From Squalus acanthias (Eukaryota): a stretch of DNA of 64,000 nucleotides. Positions 1-13,577 of the stretch are shown here, piece by piece. Position 1 is the first letter of the stretch. The number at the start of each line of letters is the position of its first letter. A program made the translations under genes and the position numbers. The notes under the pieces were generated by a model, which was given only the letters and a program-made list of their open reading frames with translations, was not told where the DNA came from and searched no databases. The stretch spans positions 124,808,001-124,872,000 of the forward strand of contig CM059432.1 in NCBI GenBank assembly GCA_030390025.1, read 5' to 3'.

Positions 1-1479
1 AGGCATCGGCGGGCTCCCAGGTTTCCTGCCGAGAGCCCAACATGCTTACTGAATGACCCCAAACCTGGGGGAAATGAATTGGGGTTGAGGCGAGTGGAAG
101 TCCTGTCTTGCCACTATTCCACCCCAAATAGGAGAATCCTGCCATGGTCTTTGAACCCTCAATTTAACTGTGCTCACTGCATTTTGAGTTGGGTTACTTA
201 TCAGAATGTTCCCTTTTTTAATTTGTGCTTTTTTGATGTGTTCTCTGTTAATGTAAAGCTTTAAACCTTGAATCAAAATAGCCTCATTCTTTCCTGTGAG
301 ATTCTGAACTATTCAAGACCAAAAAGTGCTCACACTTGAATCATTATCTATCCTCTCTGAGAAGACCTCTGTCAGGAGTTGGTCTGCATCAGAGTGGAAA
401 GAGGAATAAGACCCCCATGCTCCTCCATTTAATGGTAAAGTACCTTTCTGATCAACCCTGGTTATATTTGCTTTGCTTTTTAAAAAAAAATACAAGTTTC
501 CAGCTTGCATCAGAAAGGAGTTTTTTAATTGTCCTTTTAAAAGTATTACCAAATCCCAATTTTTTTTTTAAACAGCATACTTTGTGCAGCTATGGAATAA
601 CACGTGTTCATAGGACCTCCTAAGAGATTTTGTTATTGGAAAATGAGAGAAAATATCAAAGTAACCACATCAAAGCATTTACTGGCAACTTGTTAAATGT
701 TGCCCTCTAATGCATTTCTAATTTAAAAACCCAGCCTTCAAAATCCTGACTCCAGTTTCTGTCGGGTCTTAGCAGAGCTGTCGACACTTGTAGTTTACTA
801 ATTTTACACTGTCTTAACACATGATTCACCAGGATAGGAGGAAGGGAAAATGACTGACGGATTGTGTTTCTCTCTTCTCTCTCACCACTAATGGTATTCA
901 TTAAAATAGTGCAAAATTAACACATTCCAATGCTGAAACTGTTCTTTTCCGTATCATTAGCCCCAGCAAGTAGAGTACAGTGCCTAAGCTTACAATCTTT
1001 TTAGTAAAATGGTAATTATCATTGCACATTTGCAGGCTGTTGCATGTAACATCTGTTTAGATAGATTTTATTTAGATTTATTCCACAAGTGTGAAAGTGA
1101 TTTATTTGTAACTTGCAAGTAATTTGTATCAGGAATATATAATTGCTGACCTGGTTAATCATTTATTTTAATTTATGCACCCTATATTCTTTGTACATAA
1201 GTTATATTTTCAATGATTTTCTAAGTTAATAGTTTTGCACTTTCCATAAGATGAACAGTATAAAAGGTCTGAAATAAAATGTTGTTCTTGCATTGAACAG
1301 CTTCTCCTTCAACTCCTCTCACTTCTTCCTCCATTTCAGATTTCCATCATCCAAAGTATTTTGTTTTTGTTTGAGTATAAACGGTCTGTTTAAGATGGAG
1401 GTGATATCAGCTTCTAACATCTATTCAGGGGGCTAAACTGATTTGTATGGTCTTCCATAGGTACTGTCTTTAGCTATTA

Positions 1480-1740
1480 GCCCGGAATTTGCGGTGGGTA
1501 ATAACCGCGAACTAACCGCGTTCGCTGTTATTACCCCTTTGAAACGGACCGCAACTTCAGGATGTAGCGCATGCGCATCCTAACGCGGGAATCCTGAAGT
1601 TTCGGTCAGTCATTCACTGCTCTGGCACTGGCTGAGTTATAGGCCCCCCCTCCCAAACAGCAGCCGGCAATCTGTGAAATCAGGGAAACGGACGCAAACT
1701 TTGGCTCTTCCGTGGTACTGTTGCTGTTAAATACCCCATT
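1480..1740. mobile_element. Truncated MITE (left part), same family as 40050-40825
   Basis: gcccggaatttgcggt...gcaacttcaggatgtagcgcatg...gttaaataccccatt aligns by eye with the first ~260 bp of the complete copy at 40050; it breaks off where the hAT remnant begins. Confidence 0.75.
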
Positions 1741-1867
1741 TTTTTCTTCCGAGGCCCCCTGCCGTGTTATAAAAATTCCGCAGACCCCCAGTAACACAAC
1801 ACCAGTATTTTTTCTGTATAAAAATACTTATACAATTAAGCATATATATTTATTATTTTTGTTTTAC

Positions 1868-3000
1868 TTAATGTGAAGCTTGTTGCTGGTGCTGAGCAAT
1901 AGTTCTGTCAAGACGTGGAGGTGTCTTTGACAAGCGCACACGTATGTTATGGTCAATGTTCATCTTGGCTCGGTACTTTGTTTTCATTGATGTCATTGCT
2001 GAAATCCAGCTTTGCATAAGTAGGTTGTACTAACTGGGACCAACACTTTCAGCAGAAGAAGCAGTGCTATATTCATAGGAGCATTCACACCAAAATGTCT
2101 CCATTTCACTGAACTTGGTGCTGCGGGAGCTGTCTGATGAAATGTCAATGATCTCTTCTAATAGGTTTGATGGGACAGAGGGTGGCAGTTTAGTTTCAAT
2201 ATTCTCACTAAAGGGGTTTGTAGCCCACAGGTGTGTAGCAGATTGTTTCATTGAGTTCTGGAAAATAAGTATTAAATTTGTTGTATTGACCAGAAAGATG
2301 CACTACCAGCTGTGGTTTGATTACGTCAAAGTCAACATTTTCTTGAATGAAAGATGTAAGAGCTCAAACATGTCCGTAGTCTCCCCCCCCCCCCCCCCCC
2401 CCACAGACGCACACTTTCCAGGCGCAGTTTCCTTTTGAATGCGCCAATTCTTTCACGTTGGGCAAAAAATTGAGTTCTCCCACCTTGCATAGTATTATTC
2501 AGCTTATTCATTTCATTGAATATGTCTGCGAGGTAACCCAGTTTAGCCAGCCACACATCATCTTTCAGCACCTCAGCAAGTTCAGGTTTCTTATCAGCTA
2601 AGAAAGTACGTACCTCTTCCCTGAGCTGAAATATACAGGTAAGCATTCTGCCTCAAGATAGTTATCTCTCACCGCTGTATGCCTGAGCATAGAATTGTGC
2701 TCTGCACCCACTTCCTCACAAAGTGCAGCAAAACACCTGGAGTTTGTTTCTCTGGATTTAATAAAATTATTAACGAGTGTTCCCTCTGTGTTGAGAACAC
2801 CGAAGACCTGGTTCAGTATCTTTTGCAGCAAGCGCCTCTCGGTGTAAAAAGCAATGTGTCCAAATAGCGTGAGGTGCAGCGGCTTTCATTTTTTGCAGAA
2901 CATCAGAATGCTTTCCGGTCATTGCTGCAGCCCCATCAGTGCAGACCCCAGTGCAATTTGTCCAGCTGATGTCATTAAATCATCCAAGAATTTGAAAATA
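1868..3000 (-). pseudogene. Degenerate hAT (Buster/Charlie, ZBED5-like) transposase remnant
   Basis: Minus-strand fragments WLAKLGYLADIFNEMNKLN and NFIKSRETNSRCFAALCEEVGAEH, plus C-terminus TTYLCKAGF/SAMTSMKTKYRAKMNIDHNIRVRLSKTPPRLD...QQQASH* (stop at 1868-1870); several frameshifts. Confidence 0.85.
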
Positions 3001-3003
3001 TCG

Positions 3004-3140
3004 TCTGACGTATCGAAATATCGACCTGAAACGTTAACTCTGGTTCTCTCTCCACAGATGCTGCCTGACTTACTGAGTATTTCCAGCATTTTCTGTTTTT
3101 ATTTCAGATTTCCAGCATCTGCAGTATTTTGCTTTTGTAT
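3004..3140 (+). mobile_element. Penelope-like element terminal fragment with decayed hammerhead core
   Basis: gacctgaaacgttaactct...ccacagatgctgcctga...tttcagatttccagcatc, recognised as a common shark Penelope-type repeat; weaker copies near 1335-1370 and 21740-21840 (-). Confidence 0.55.
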
Positions 3141-3489
3141 AGTTCTCTGGACTTGTCCTATATCCCCCCCAGTCCTCTGGCACTATTCCCTTTTCTAATT
3201 AATTTTTATATATATGTAATAGTGCCTCTGCTATCTCTTCCCTAACTTTTAATATGCATGGAGTTTTATCCCCTCTGAGTTTGACTAGTTTAACATATTA
3301 TGATCACTTTTGAACTGCTGAAATTGGTCTTGGTAGATTGATCTGTCTAGCAGATAAGACAGAACCTTTTATTATTATATATTGCATTTGGGATTAATTG
3401 CAGACCAATGGGCTTGATTAAAATAAAAAGAAAGCCACTAATGCTGAAAATCTAAAGTAAAAATTAACTTCAGAGGTCGGTGATGGGGA

Positions 3490-5330
3490 AACTTTGAGAC
3501 AATAATCCGGGACAAAATTAATTGGCATTTAGAAAAGTATGGGCTAATAAATGAAAGTCAGCACGGATTTGTTCAAGGCAAATCGTGCTTGACTAACTTG
3601 ACAGTTCTTTGATGAAGTAACAGAGAGGGTTGATGAGGGTAGTAAAGTTGATGTTGTGTATCTGGACTTTCAAAAGACGTTTGACAAAGTGCCACATAAA
3701 ATAGACTTGTTAGCAAAGTCAAAGCCCATGGGATTAAAGTGGCAGTAGCTGCATGGATACAAAATTGTATAAGGGACAGAAAGCGGAGACTGGGGGAAAG
3801 TATACAGTGGTGTTCCCCAGGGGTCAGTATTAGGACCACTGCTCATTTTGATATATTAATGACCTGGATTTGGGTATACAGGGCATAATTTCAAAGTTTG
3901 CAGGTGGCACAAAACTTGGAAATGTAGTTAACAATGAGGAGGATAGTAACCGACTTCAGGAGCTCATAGACAGACTAGTGAAATGGGCATACACATGGCA
4001 AGTGAAATATAACACCGAGAAATGTGAAGTGATGCATTTTGGTAGGAAGAATGAGAAGAGGCAACATGAATGTGCTTGGGGAAGAATTCTGTAGGTGCGG
4101 AGACGGATGTCGAGATGCCTTTGGATGTGGGACACTGCGTGGTCACGTGGTGTGGTTGTCTGGGTCTCTACCTCTGAGCAGTATCTCCTTACAAAGTGAT
4201 GGTCATGTCATTGTTGTGTAGAGAAAGTCGTTCTTTATTGAAAGAGACAGGAGGAAATTCTGTTGATGAAATTGCCTGCAGAATAAAGTTATGTTGTCTG
4301 CACTTGTTCAGAAGGCTTCGAGAATATATGAAAGACTTGTATAATGGTGGTGAGAATGTGGAACTCACGACCACAAAGAGTAGTTGAGGCGAATAGCATA
4401 GATACATTAAGGGGAAGCTAGATAAACACATGAGGGAGAAAGGAATAGAACGATATGCTGATGAGGTTAGACGAAGAGGAGTGGACTAGAGCCTCGTGTG
4501 GAGCATAAACACTGGCATGGACCAGTTGGGCCGAATGGCCTGTTCGTACTGTAAGTTCTATGTAATGTAGACTTGTATTTCTGTGTATTAAACGCTACAA
4601 TTTTAAAGGGGGTGCAGGAACAGGGAGACCTGGGAGTGTATGTACACTGAAGGTGGCAGGACAAGTTGAGAAAGCGGTTTTAAAAAAAAAAAGCATATGG
4701 GATCCTTGGCTTTATTAATAGAGGCATAAAGTACAAAAGCAAGGATGTTATGCTGAACCTTTATAAAACACTGGTTAGGCATCAGCTGGAGTATTGTGCT
4801 GCAGGCACCACACTTTAGCAAGGATGTCAAGGCCTTGGAGAGGGTGCTGAAGAGATTTACTAGAATGGTACCAGGGATTAGGGACTTCAGTTATGTGGAG
4901 AGACTAGAGAAGCTGGGGTTGTTCTCCTTAGAGCAGAGAAGGTTAAGAGGGGACTTGATAGAGATGTTCAAAATTATGAATGGTTTTGATACAGTAAATA
5001 AGGAGAAACTGTTCCCAGTAGCGGAAGGGTCGATAGCCAGAGGACACAGATTTAAGGTGATTGGCAAAAAAACTAGAGGCAACATTGGGAAACATTTTTT
5101 TTTACACAGCGAGTTGTTGTGATCCAGAATGTACTGCCTGCAAGGATGGTTGAAGCAGATGCAGTAGTTAGATTCAAAAGAGAATTAGATAAATACTTGA
5201 AGGGGAAAAAATTATAGGGCTTTGGGGAGAGAGCCGGGGAGTGGAATTAATTGAATAGCTCTACCAATGAGCCGACACAGGCACGATGGACCGAATGGCG
5301 GCCTCCTGCGCTGTATCATTCTATGATTCT
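3490..5330 (+). mobile_element. Cluster of degenerate CR1 LINE 3' fragments
   Basis: RT/C-terminal peptides (ISKFAGGTKLG, LERVLKRFTRMVPG...LEQRRLRGDLIE) and CR1 tails ending ttctatg at ~4560 and ~5325; interrupted by unrelated sequence at 4066-4350. Confidence 0.85.
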
Positions 5331-6079
5331 TGACACACAATAGTTGATTAGCAACTGAACAAAAATAATGTTTAAGGTTTGACCTCCTTTAATCCACGTT
5401 TTAAATTAATTTATTTTTTTGTATTTTTTTTTAATCCACTTACACCCAGCCAGTGCCCTCTGTATCTTTATTTTATTTGCATTTCTCCTCCTATCTGTGT
5501 GACCACATATATGGCTCACCAGTCCTGGGCTTGTTCCAATGTTTCTATGTTGGCTTCAAAGGGGTTTGAAGGGTGCCTTGCTCCTTGTGAAGAAGTGCCT
5601 GAGCTCTACTTCATACTTATCCTTGCCACTACAGCTAAAGTTTGGAAATGAGTTTTGGGGAGTGCAGGGTGAGCTTGTGTCCTGCCGTCCGTGGAGCACC
5701 GATGTGTTGTACTGCCAGAAACTGCTTACTTGCAAACAAAAGTTCAGGGAGTTTACTGCAAGATCACATAATTGAATTTGACTATTTTCAATAATGACAA
5801 TAGGCTCAATCTATGTAGCCATCTGTTGAAATAGTTCTAGTGCTAATGAGGGATAACATTTGAGTGAGATGACTGATTTGATTTTAATGAAGGGAAACTT
5901 TTTAAATTTTACTGAGTAATTCTTTTAAAGGAGAAGGAAATGTTAAATGCTTACTCCAAAATAATATGGATCTCTCTCTTCCCCCCCCCCCCCCCAACCA
6001 ATTTGTTGTGTTCTTTTGGTCTGTTTTGAGACCGGTGGCTGCCATTTTCCCTAGCTTATGTCCAAGCTTGTGTCTCTTC

Positions 6080-6360
6080 ATTTTTCACCCAGTTTCTCAT
6101 CTTTTCTCCCCTCCAGCTACTGAAAGCACTGACTTAAGCTAAGGCAAGATTCCACGTGCATCGATAGCCCTCCTGTATCTCGCCTTTGACGTTTATCACC
6201 CAGTATAAGACTAGGCAGTGAATATTGGCTAACTATTACACCACAAGGGACATCATACCTAATTCTGATTCTGTCCTCCCCCGTTGTCCACCTGCATACT
6301 TCCTTCAGGGGCTTGCTGAATAGTGATCAAGAATTGTTATTCCTCATTCCATCTCCACAC
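6080..6360 (-). mobile_element. LF-SINE-like copy (degenerate)
   Basis: Reverse-complement similarity to the copy at 43915-44340 (ttttctcccctcc...tgaaagcactgact; tctgtcctcc..gtccac). Confidence 0.55.
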
Positions 6361-8705
6361 CCCAAAAAAGCCTGGAAAGACTTGATTTATATTGTGCCTT
6401 TCAGACCCTCAGGACGTGTCAAAGCACTTCACGATGAATTAATTACTTTAAGTGTAGTTACTGTTTCTGTAGGCAAATCTGGCAATGAATGTGTACACCA
6501 AGATCCCACATACATTGAGATAAATGTCCAGTTAATCTGTTTTTGTTTGTGTTGCTTGAGGAATAATTTCCTTAAAGTGCGAATGTAGGTAGATAAAGCC
6601 ATAAAAAGGCCATCAGAATTCTGGGTCTGATTAAGGGCATAGAGTACAAGAGTAAAGGAGCAATGATTTATTGTATACAAAACATTGTTTGTCTTGTTAG
6701 AGGATTGTGTGCAGTTTTATGCATCCCATTATAGAGAGGACATTAAAGCCATAAACTGGACATTGTAGTTTCACCAAGATGATGCCAGGGTTGGGAAAAT
6801 AGTTACAAGGAAAGATGCGAAATATTGGAACCAATTCCTTTGGAGCATTTTTGTAAGAACAGTGTGCTATGCCAAGTAACACAACCAGTGATACTGACAT
6901 ATCATCGGGAAGGGGGTCTGTCAGCAGTGGGTGGGGTCTGAGAACACTGGGGAGGGAGATTCTAGAAAATCTGAAGCAGATCCTGGGGTCACTGGGAAAA
7001 GGGTCCTGAGACCTGGGGACACAGGTCAGTGAGGGGGGTGGTCTCAGAATCTGGGGCAGTTCTGGGATTCGGGAAATACAGGAAATACAGTCTGAGAGTT
7101 TTAAGAACACTGAGAGGTGGGGTTAGCGAAGCCTGAGGAGCGATACGGAGATCCAGTAAAATCAAGGAAGAAGTTTTTGGAGATTTGTGGGGACCCAGAG
7201 TCTGTTGCTATTGGGGGGGTTTCCTAGGATCTGGCAATATTGGAGGGAGGAGGGCCCAGGAAAATATCCAATCTGGCATTGACCTGTCTTTCAAACCATC
7301 AAGCCCCAACTCTCCTTCCCCCCCCCCCCCCCCCCCCCCCCTACACACACACACACACTTTGTTTCTGCATCTTCCCTAACCCATCTGCATCTCCTTTTA
7401 TGCCCTCCAGTACCCTACCACCACTTTCTCCATTGTTCGCAGTTCTGCCTTTACATTCCTGTGATAAAGCATTTAAACATCATCTTTCTGCTTAAAATTA
7501 ATGGATGGAAAATCATGAACTTTGGATGCACAATTTCCTGATGAGCTTGCCCATGTCGGGAGTGCAGAAGCATGTAATGTTTAGTGAGTTTGCTGACTTA
7601 TACAATCTTTAGTAAGCAGAAATTTCCAGAAATATAAATTCATCATTTATGCAATTTCAATGTTTTTTATCCTAAAGCCTCAAAAATGTTTCAGAAGACA
7701 TTTTTTAACCTGATTTTTCAAAAGCAACAAACAGCAATCAATTTTCTATAAACAATCTTTGTTTTCTAACTGCCAGTGAGGAAATCAGGAGCACAGGTGC
7801 TACTGTTCACACTTTGCTATTAACAGATGTTGTCTGTTAATAAATTTAAGTAAATGCCTGAAATAAGGCTTTGACAATTCAAATTGAAGTTTCTTTCAAA
7901 GTCTCTTGGAAAAAGCAAAGAGCCTCTCAAATCTTCACAGGACAAGAAGTGCACATATTGTACGCAGGGAAATTCTACAAACTGCACATTCTCAACATGC
8001 AGCTATGGTTAAAAGGTGTGAGGTAAAGATATCCAGTCAAAGCCCGGGGTTTTGAAATGAGCTGAGGTCTGAAGTAAAAACTAATGAAACATTAAAAGAC
8101 ACAAAAGACCATTCATTGGGTAAATTTAATCACGTTATTGTGAAATATGTAATTGAAAAAATACATATTTTGTTTAAAATGATATTTTAGACAGTTACTA
8201 TGGGGAAAATGATGGATGAAAAGTTTTGAAAAAACATTTTGAATGATTCAATTGGTTCATTAACAAATTGCAACAGGCAAATGTTGACATTCAGAATTTC
8301 AATTATAAGCGATTCCACCGGGCATTTCAATGTAAAACAGTTGTCATAAGTGTAACACAAAAGCTAAAGTTCAACAGGGAGTGTATATATGTATGTATAA
8401 ATTTTAAAATACCACTTAGGATATTTATTAACTGAGAAAACATAGCGAACTATAAATATATAATTTTTCCACAAAAATAAGAGAAATCAGATGCAGTACA
8501 TTGAAGCCCCAATTCATTGTTCTACATTGTTGTGCATGGAGGTAACTAAGTGTGTAGATGAAGGTAGAGCAGTTGATGTCGTATACATGGATTTTAGTAA
8601 GGCGTTTGATAAGGTTCCCCATGGTCGGCTCATGAAGAAAGTAAGGAGTTGTGGGATAGAGGGAAATTTGGCCGATTGGATAAGTAACTGGCTATCTCAT
8701 AGAAG

Positions 8706-8926
8706 TCATGATGCGGAGATGCCGGTGTTGGACTGGGGTGGACAAAATTGAGAGGTCGCACAACACCAGGTTATAGTCCAACAGTTTTATTTGAAATCAC
8801 AAGCTTTCGGAGCTATCGATTTGCTCCTTCTTCACCTGAGGAAGGAGCAAATCGATAGCTCCGAAAGCTTGTGATTTCAAATAAAACTGTTGGACTATAA
8901 CCTGGTGTTGTGCGACCTCTCAATTT
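8706..8926. mobile_element. Penelope-type insertion forming a perfect 87-bp inverted repeat, with 13-bp TSD
   Basis: Arms 8744-8830 and 8841-8927 are exact reverse complements; TSD tatctcatagaag at 8693-8705 and 8927-8939. Confidence 0.85.
8832..8874 (+). ncRNA. Minimal type I hammerhead ribozyme motif
   Basis: Stem I UCAC(8832-35)/GUGA(8871-74); core CUGAGGA (8836-42); stem II GGAGC/GCUCC; GAAA (8863-66); palindromic AAGCUU stem III; predicted cleavage after CUU at 8870. Confidence 0.65.
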
Positions 8927-11074
8927 TATCTCATAGAAGGCAGAGGGTGGTGGTGGATGGAACATTTTCGGACTGGAGACCAGTTACCAGCGGTGTGCCA
9001 CAGGGGTCGGTGCTGGGTCCTCTGCTGTTTGTGATTTTTATCAATGACTTGGAGGAGGGGACTGAAGGGTGGATCAGTAAATTTGCTGATGACACCAAGA
9101 TTGGTGGAGTAGTGGATGAGGTGGAGGGCTGTTGTAGGCTGCAAAGAGACATTGATAGGATGCAGAGCTGGGCCGAAAAATGGCAGATGGAATTTAACCC
9201 TGATAAGTGCGAGGTGATTCATTTTGGTAGGGCAAATTTGAATAAGGATTACAGGGTCAACGGCAGGGTTCTGAGGAACGTGGAGGAGCAGAGGGATCTG
9301 GGGGTTCATATCCACAGATCTCTGAAGGTTGCCACTCAAGTGGATAGAGCAGTAAAGAAGGCCTATGGTGTGTTGGCGTTTATTAACAGAGGGTTTGAGT
9401 TTAAGAACCGTGAGGTTATGCTGCAACTGTACAGGACCTTGGTGAGACCACATTTGGAATATTGTGTGCAGTTCTGGTCACCTCACTATAGGAAGGACGT
9501 GGAAGCATTGGAAAGAGTGCAAAGGAGATTTACCAGGATGCTGCCTGGTTTGTGGGGGAGGTCTTATGAGGAAAGATTGAGGGAGTTGGGGCTTTTCTCT
9601 TTAGAGCGGAGGAGGATGAGAGGCGACTTAATAGAGGTTTATAAGATGATGAGGGGGATAGATAGAGTGGATGTTCAGAGACTATTTCCTCGGGTAGAGG
9701 CAGCTGTTACAAGGGGGCATAACTATAAGGTGCATGGGGGGAGATATAGAAGGGGTGTCCGAGGTAGATTCTTTACTCAGAGAGTGGTTGGGGTGTGGAA
9801 TGGACTGCCTGCTGTGATAGTGGAGTCGGACACTTTAGGAACTTTCAAGCGGTTATTGGATAAGCACATGGAGCACACCAGAGTGATAGGGAGTGTGATA
9901 GCTTGATCTTGGTCTCGGACAATGCTCGGCACAACATCGAGGGCCGAAGGGCCTGTACTGTGCTGTATTGTTCTATGTCTATGTCTATGTCAGAACAGTG
10001 GGGTACGAGTTCCAGTCAGCACTGTGTTGAGCTCTGGTTTGAGCTACATGGAAGGGTGAAGCAGAGGAAATTCGATTGGGGAAGTTCACCAGGCTGATGT
10101 GTGCCTCCTAGCAACTGGCAAGGAAAGGTACTAATAGGCGTGGCCTGGGAGCAGACCATTCAACATGTTGGCCAAAGAAACTATAATTATCTGCTGTGTT
10201 AATCTTAAAGTAAATAGGATTTTCATATAACAGTTTGCTGTAAATACCATTTAAGGATGTACGGTGAAGAAAGCTGTAAATAGCATGTAAAACCAGTGTT
10301 AGAGTAGAGTAAAATTATATTTGAAGCTGCAACTGTAAAGATCCAACCTGTAGATTTGAAGACAGTATGTGCAAGGAAATAACAATTGAACAGCATCCAA
10401 GCTGTTTGTGTTCCACATTCCTGAATTCTATCGTGTTAAATGAGGACAAGTACCCTGACTCCGTCAGTCACCTGCTACATATAACTACAAATAATTTGTT
10501 ACTTGACATGATTCCACTCTAATTTTAAACAGTACTACGGAGCTGAGCATGTGTCAATTGTGAGAGCAGTAATTAACAGTAACTTCTGGGACGCTTCCCT
10601 CATCGTTAGATGGATTGAGAAAACCAGAATCCCACACTTAATGTGGTTGACTCTTAACTTCCTTCTGAAGTGGCCCAGCAAGCCACTCTGTTATATTAAA
10701 GCGCTACCAGTGGTTTGAGAAAAAGGCTCACAACCACCTTCTCAGAGCAACTAGGGATGCCCTTGCTATCAATGCCCACATGCCAGCAATGAATAAATAT
10801 AACTAAATATTAAAAACATCCTATTGATTAAAAGTAAAGTACAGTGTGGGGAGAAGTTGACTGGAGGGAAAAGAAATTTCCTGCAACTGTCTTGAATGTT
10901 TGCTGTTTCCCCCATAATGATCTGGTAATATTTGACTCATTAAGTGACTTGCCCTAAAGATAGCTAAATGAGGCATAAGGCAATGTGATGATGAGTCCTG
11001 ATAAACACACAAAGATAATCTTTGAGTAGTTTGAGTTTGATAATTATATACTTTGAATACAACAGAGATTAACA

Positions 11075-11510
11075 GGGCAACACGGTGGCATAGTGGTTAG
11101 CACTGGTGCCTCACAGCGCCAGAGACCCGGGTTCGAATCTGACCTCGGGTGACTGTCTGTGTGGAGTTTGCACATTCTCCCCGTGTCTGCGTGGGTTTCC
11201 TCCGGGTGCTCCGGTTTCCTCCCACAGTCCAAAAATGTGTGGGTTAGGTTGATTTGGCTATGATAAATTGACCCTTAGTGTTAGGGGGGATTAAATATGT
11301 GGGGTTATGGGGATAGGATGGGATATGTTAGGGGGAATTAAATATGTGGGGTTACAGGGGTAGGGTGGGATATGTGTACTGTGGGGATTAAAGCAGGGAC
11401 AGGGTACTGGATTTGGATGATCAGCCATGATCGTATTGAATGGCGGAGCAGGCTCGACGGGCCGAATGGCCTACTCCTGCTCCTAGATTCTATGTTTCTA
11501 TGTTTCTATG
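11075..11510 (+). mobile_element. HE1-like tRNA-derived V-SINE with CR1-derived tail
   Basis: A box (tggcatagtgg), B box (ggttcgaatc), V-domain tgtgtggagtttgcacattctccccgtgtctgcgtgggtttcctccgggtgctccggtttcctccca, internal ~46-bp tandem duplication, CR1-like 3' end with (ttctatgt)n. Confidence 0.9.
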
Positions 11511-12239
11511 TTAACATGATCCTTTTGCAAAATGCAAGCATTGCTATTTCATTAATAGAATGGCCTTGTCTTTCAGTAGTTGCTTGATGTCTCCGTTCCA
11601 TGTTGTTCTGGAAGGCAGTTTATAACCTCTTGACAGTGCATCCAACACAAGTCCAATTACAAAGGGTGTCCAGTAATCACAGTTTTGCAATGAAGATGAG
11701 CGACGCAAGACTTTCAACACAAACTGGATGCTGTCGTTTGTGTTTGAAAGTGTAGCATGGGTCTGTTTTACCTGAGTATTATCAAAATATGTTTTTTCGG
11801 ACCAAAATTGTAGCAGTGTGAGGTTGTGGCAAGTTGCTTGGACTACGAACATGGCACTTTCTGCTTCGCCTTCAAGTACCTTAATAGAAAGGAAGTCTGA
11901 GTTGAGAGATTGGGCCATGAAGTCAATTGATGGAGATACCTGTAGGCTAAAAGAGCAACACATCAGTGAAGGTAGAAGGGGAAATGTTTTTTATAAAGTA
12001 ACTTCTTTCCCCCCCCCCCCCCTTAAAGGTTGTTTGCTAAAAGGCACACTTTGGTCAGGTCTCCAGATTAGTTTAGATCTGTGACTGGCCAGCAGGAGAT
12101 GGATTCGAATAGGACCATCTCCAGATTGTCATCATAGTCAACCAAAAAGTTAGCATTTGTCAAATCTCCTGTTGTACTAACATTTGTTTAGTGCAGTGTC
12201 TTTGTAGAAGTGTGCTGTACTCCCTGTAGTTGACATATT

Positions 12240-12806
12240 GGGCCAGATTTTGCTGTAGCAGGACATCTAATGGTGTCTGCCATTAGTTAGACTTACTCCT
12301 GCACCCTTCAGGTCAAAAAGAAATTGCCCACAAAGTTGCTGAAAGTGCAAGCTGATAACAGCACAGCGAGGGAAACAGGGCATCTGGGACCTGAGTGAAC
12401 AGGGCACCCAACAGGGTATCTCCTTAACCAATTAGATTTAACGGTTGTGAAATAAACAGCAGAAAGACTGAGAAGTAGGGTGAATTAAAGGGGCTGAATT
12501 TAATGTCCAAACGGGTACAGAAAGAGAAAGAAAGATTGGATTAAGAGAAAGAGACAGAAAGGAAAAGTAAGGGGGAAAAGAATTGACTTTTTTAAATCTC
12601 CCAAAACAATTCATAACCTGAAGGAATGAGACTCTACATTTATAATTAATTTTCGGTGCCAGAGAGGTTGATTGGCAGTCATTAACACGTATCATGTTGT
12701 TAAAAGGGTACTTGCGCTTGTAACGCCTGAAGTTGCTGTACCATTTATGCATAAATAATGGAGAGCCCCATTAGCCTCACCGTTATTTTAACAGCAAATC
12801 TGGCCC
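12240..12806. mobile_element. MITE with GGGCC termini (PIF/Harbinger-like)
   Basis: TIRs gggccagattttgctg and cagcaaatctggccc; non-coding interior. Confidence 0.7.
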
Positions 12807-13577
12807 AACGATGGACCCACTATGTAGCTCCAACTGTCATTGTAACACAGGATATAGGATAAATAACTGTACTCAAGCCTCAAATGAAGAGGAAAATCTG
12901 TTACATAAGCACAAAATGCTCATTTGTAAAGTAGCATTTTTATTGGAGTATTAAACATAAAGGGGAATTTTAGTTACAAATTGTAATTTAAGGATTCAGA
13001 CTAGGTTATCAAAGTTTTGCACGTGGAATGTCAATGCATTTAAAATTTAAAGGGGGTCATTTTAAATTGACAGTCAGTAAGTTAAAGGAGTGGAGTCACA
13101 TTTTAAAATTATACTAATTGAGCACAAACAATTTTTTAAAAGCAATATTTCAGTCATCTGTGATTCTTTTCAATCAAAATGGTTGTGGGTAGCTTGCACT
13201 CCATTTCCTATGGCTGCTGTTTATTAACACATACTTAGGAAAAATAGCTGAGGATATCCTTATCATTTAGCAGAGATTGCCTTTAACGGCTCATGTGGAG
13301 CATAAACACAGACAGTTGGGTTAAATAAGAACATAAGAAATGGCCTGTACATTCTATATACTGGGTGTATGCTTTTTTAAACTAACTGGATGTGACATGA
13401 ATAATCCATTTTCCATAACACTCTTATTGTTCAGTCAGAATTCACAATAGTAAGAATTTTAAGTTAATTTTATTACAAAATAGTTGAACTCCTGTGGGAT
13501 TGCACATGGGGAGTCAAGGCTAAGTGTAGTTTTCAGGTGAAGCAGGGTTAAAGGGAAGGGGTTAATTGGACCAGGAC

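Larger units (their letters stand above)
8538..9991 (+). mobile_element. 5'-truncated CR1 LINE (RT and C-terminus), interrupted by a Penelope fold-back insertion
   Basis: ORFs with [24 protein letters not shown] and KFADDTK; frame open on both sides of the insertion; 3' tail (tctatg)n at ~9972-9990. Confidence 0.95.

Noticed and set aside
6697..7541. ORFs of 137 aa (-) and 118 aa (+)
   Set aside because: Low-complexity G-rich and C-rich sequence with no domain similarity or splice context.
8744..8927. miRNA precursor or CRISPR-like structure
   Set aside because: The TSD and a second family copy at 41199 show a retroelement inversion; there is no repeat-spacer array.
11075..11150. tRNA gene
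   Set aside because: The A/B boxes belong to a SINE head followed by the V-domain and LINE tail. The same applies to ~57335-57400 and 58725-58800.
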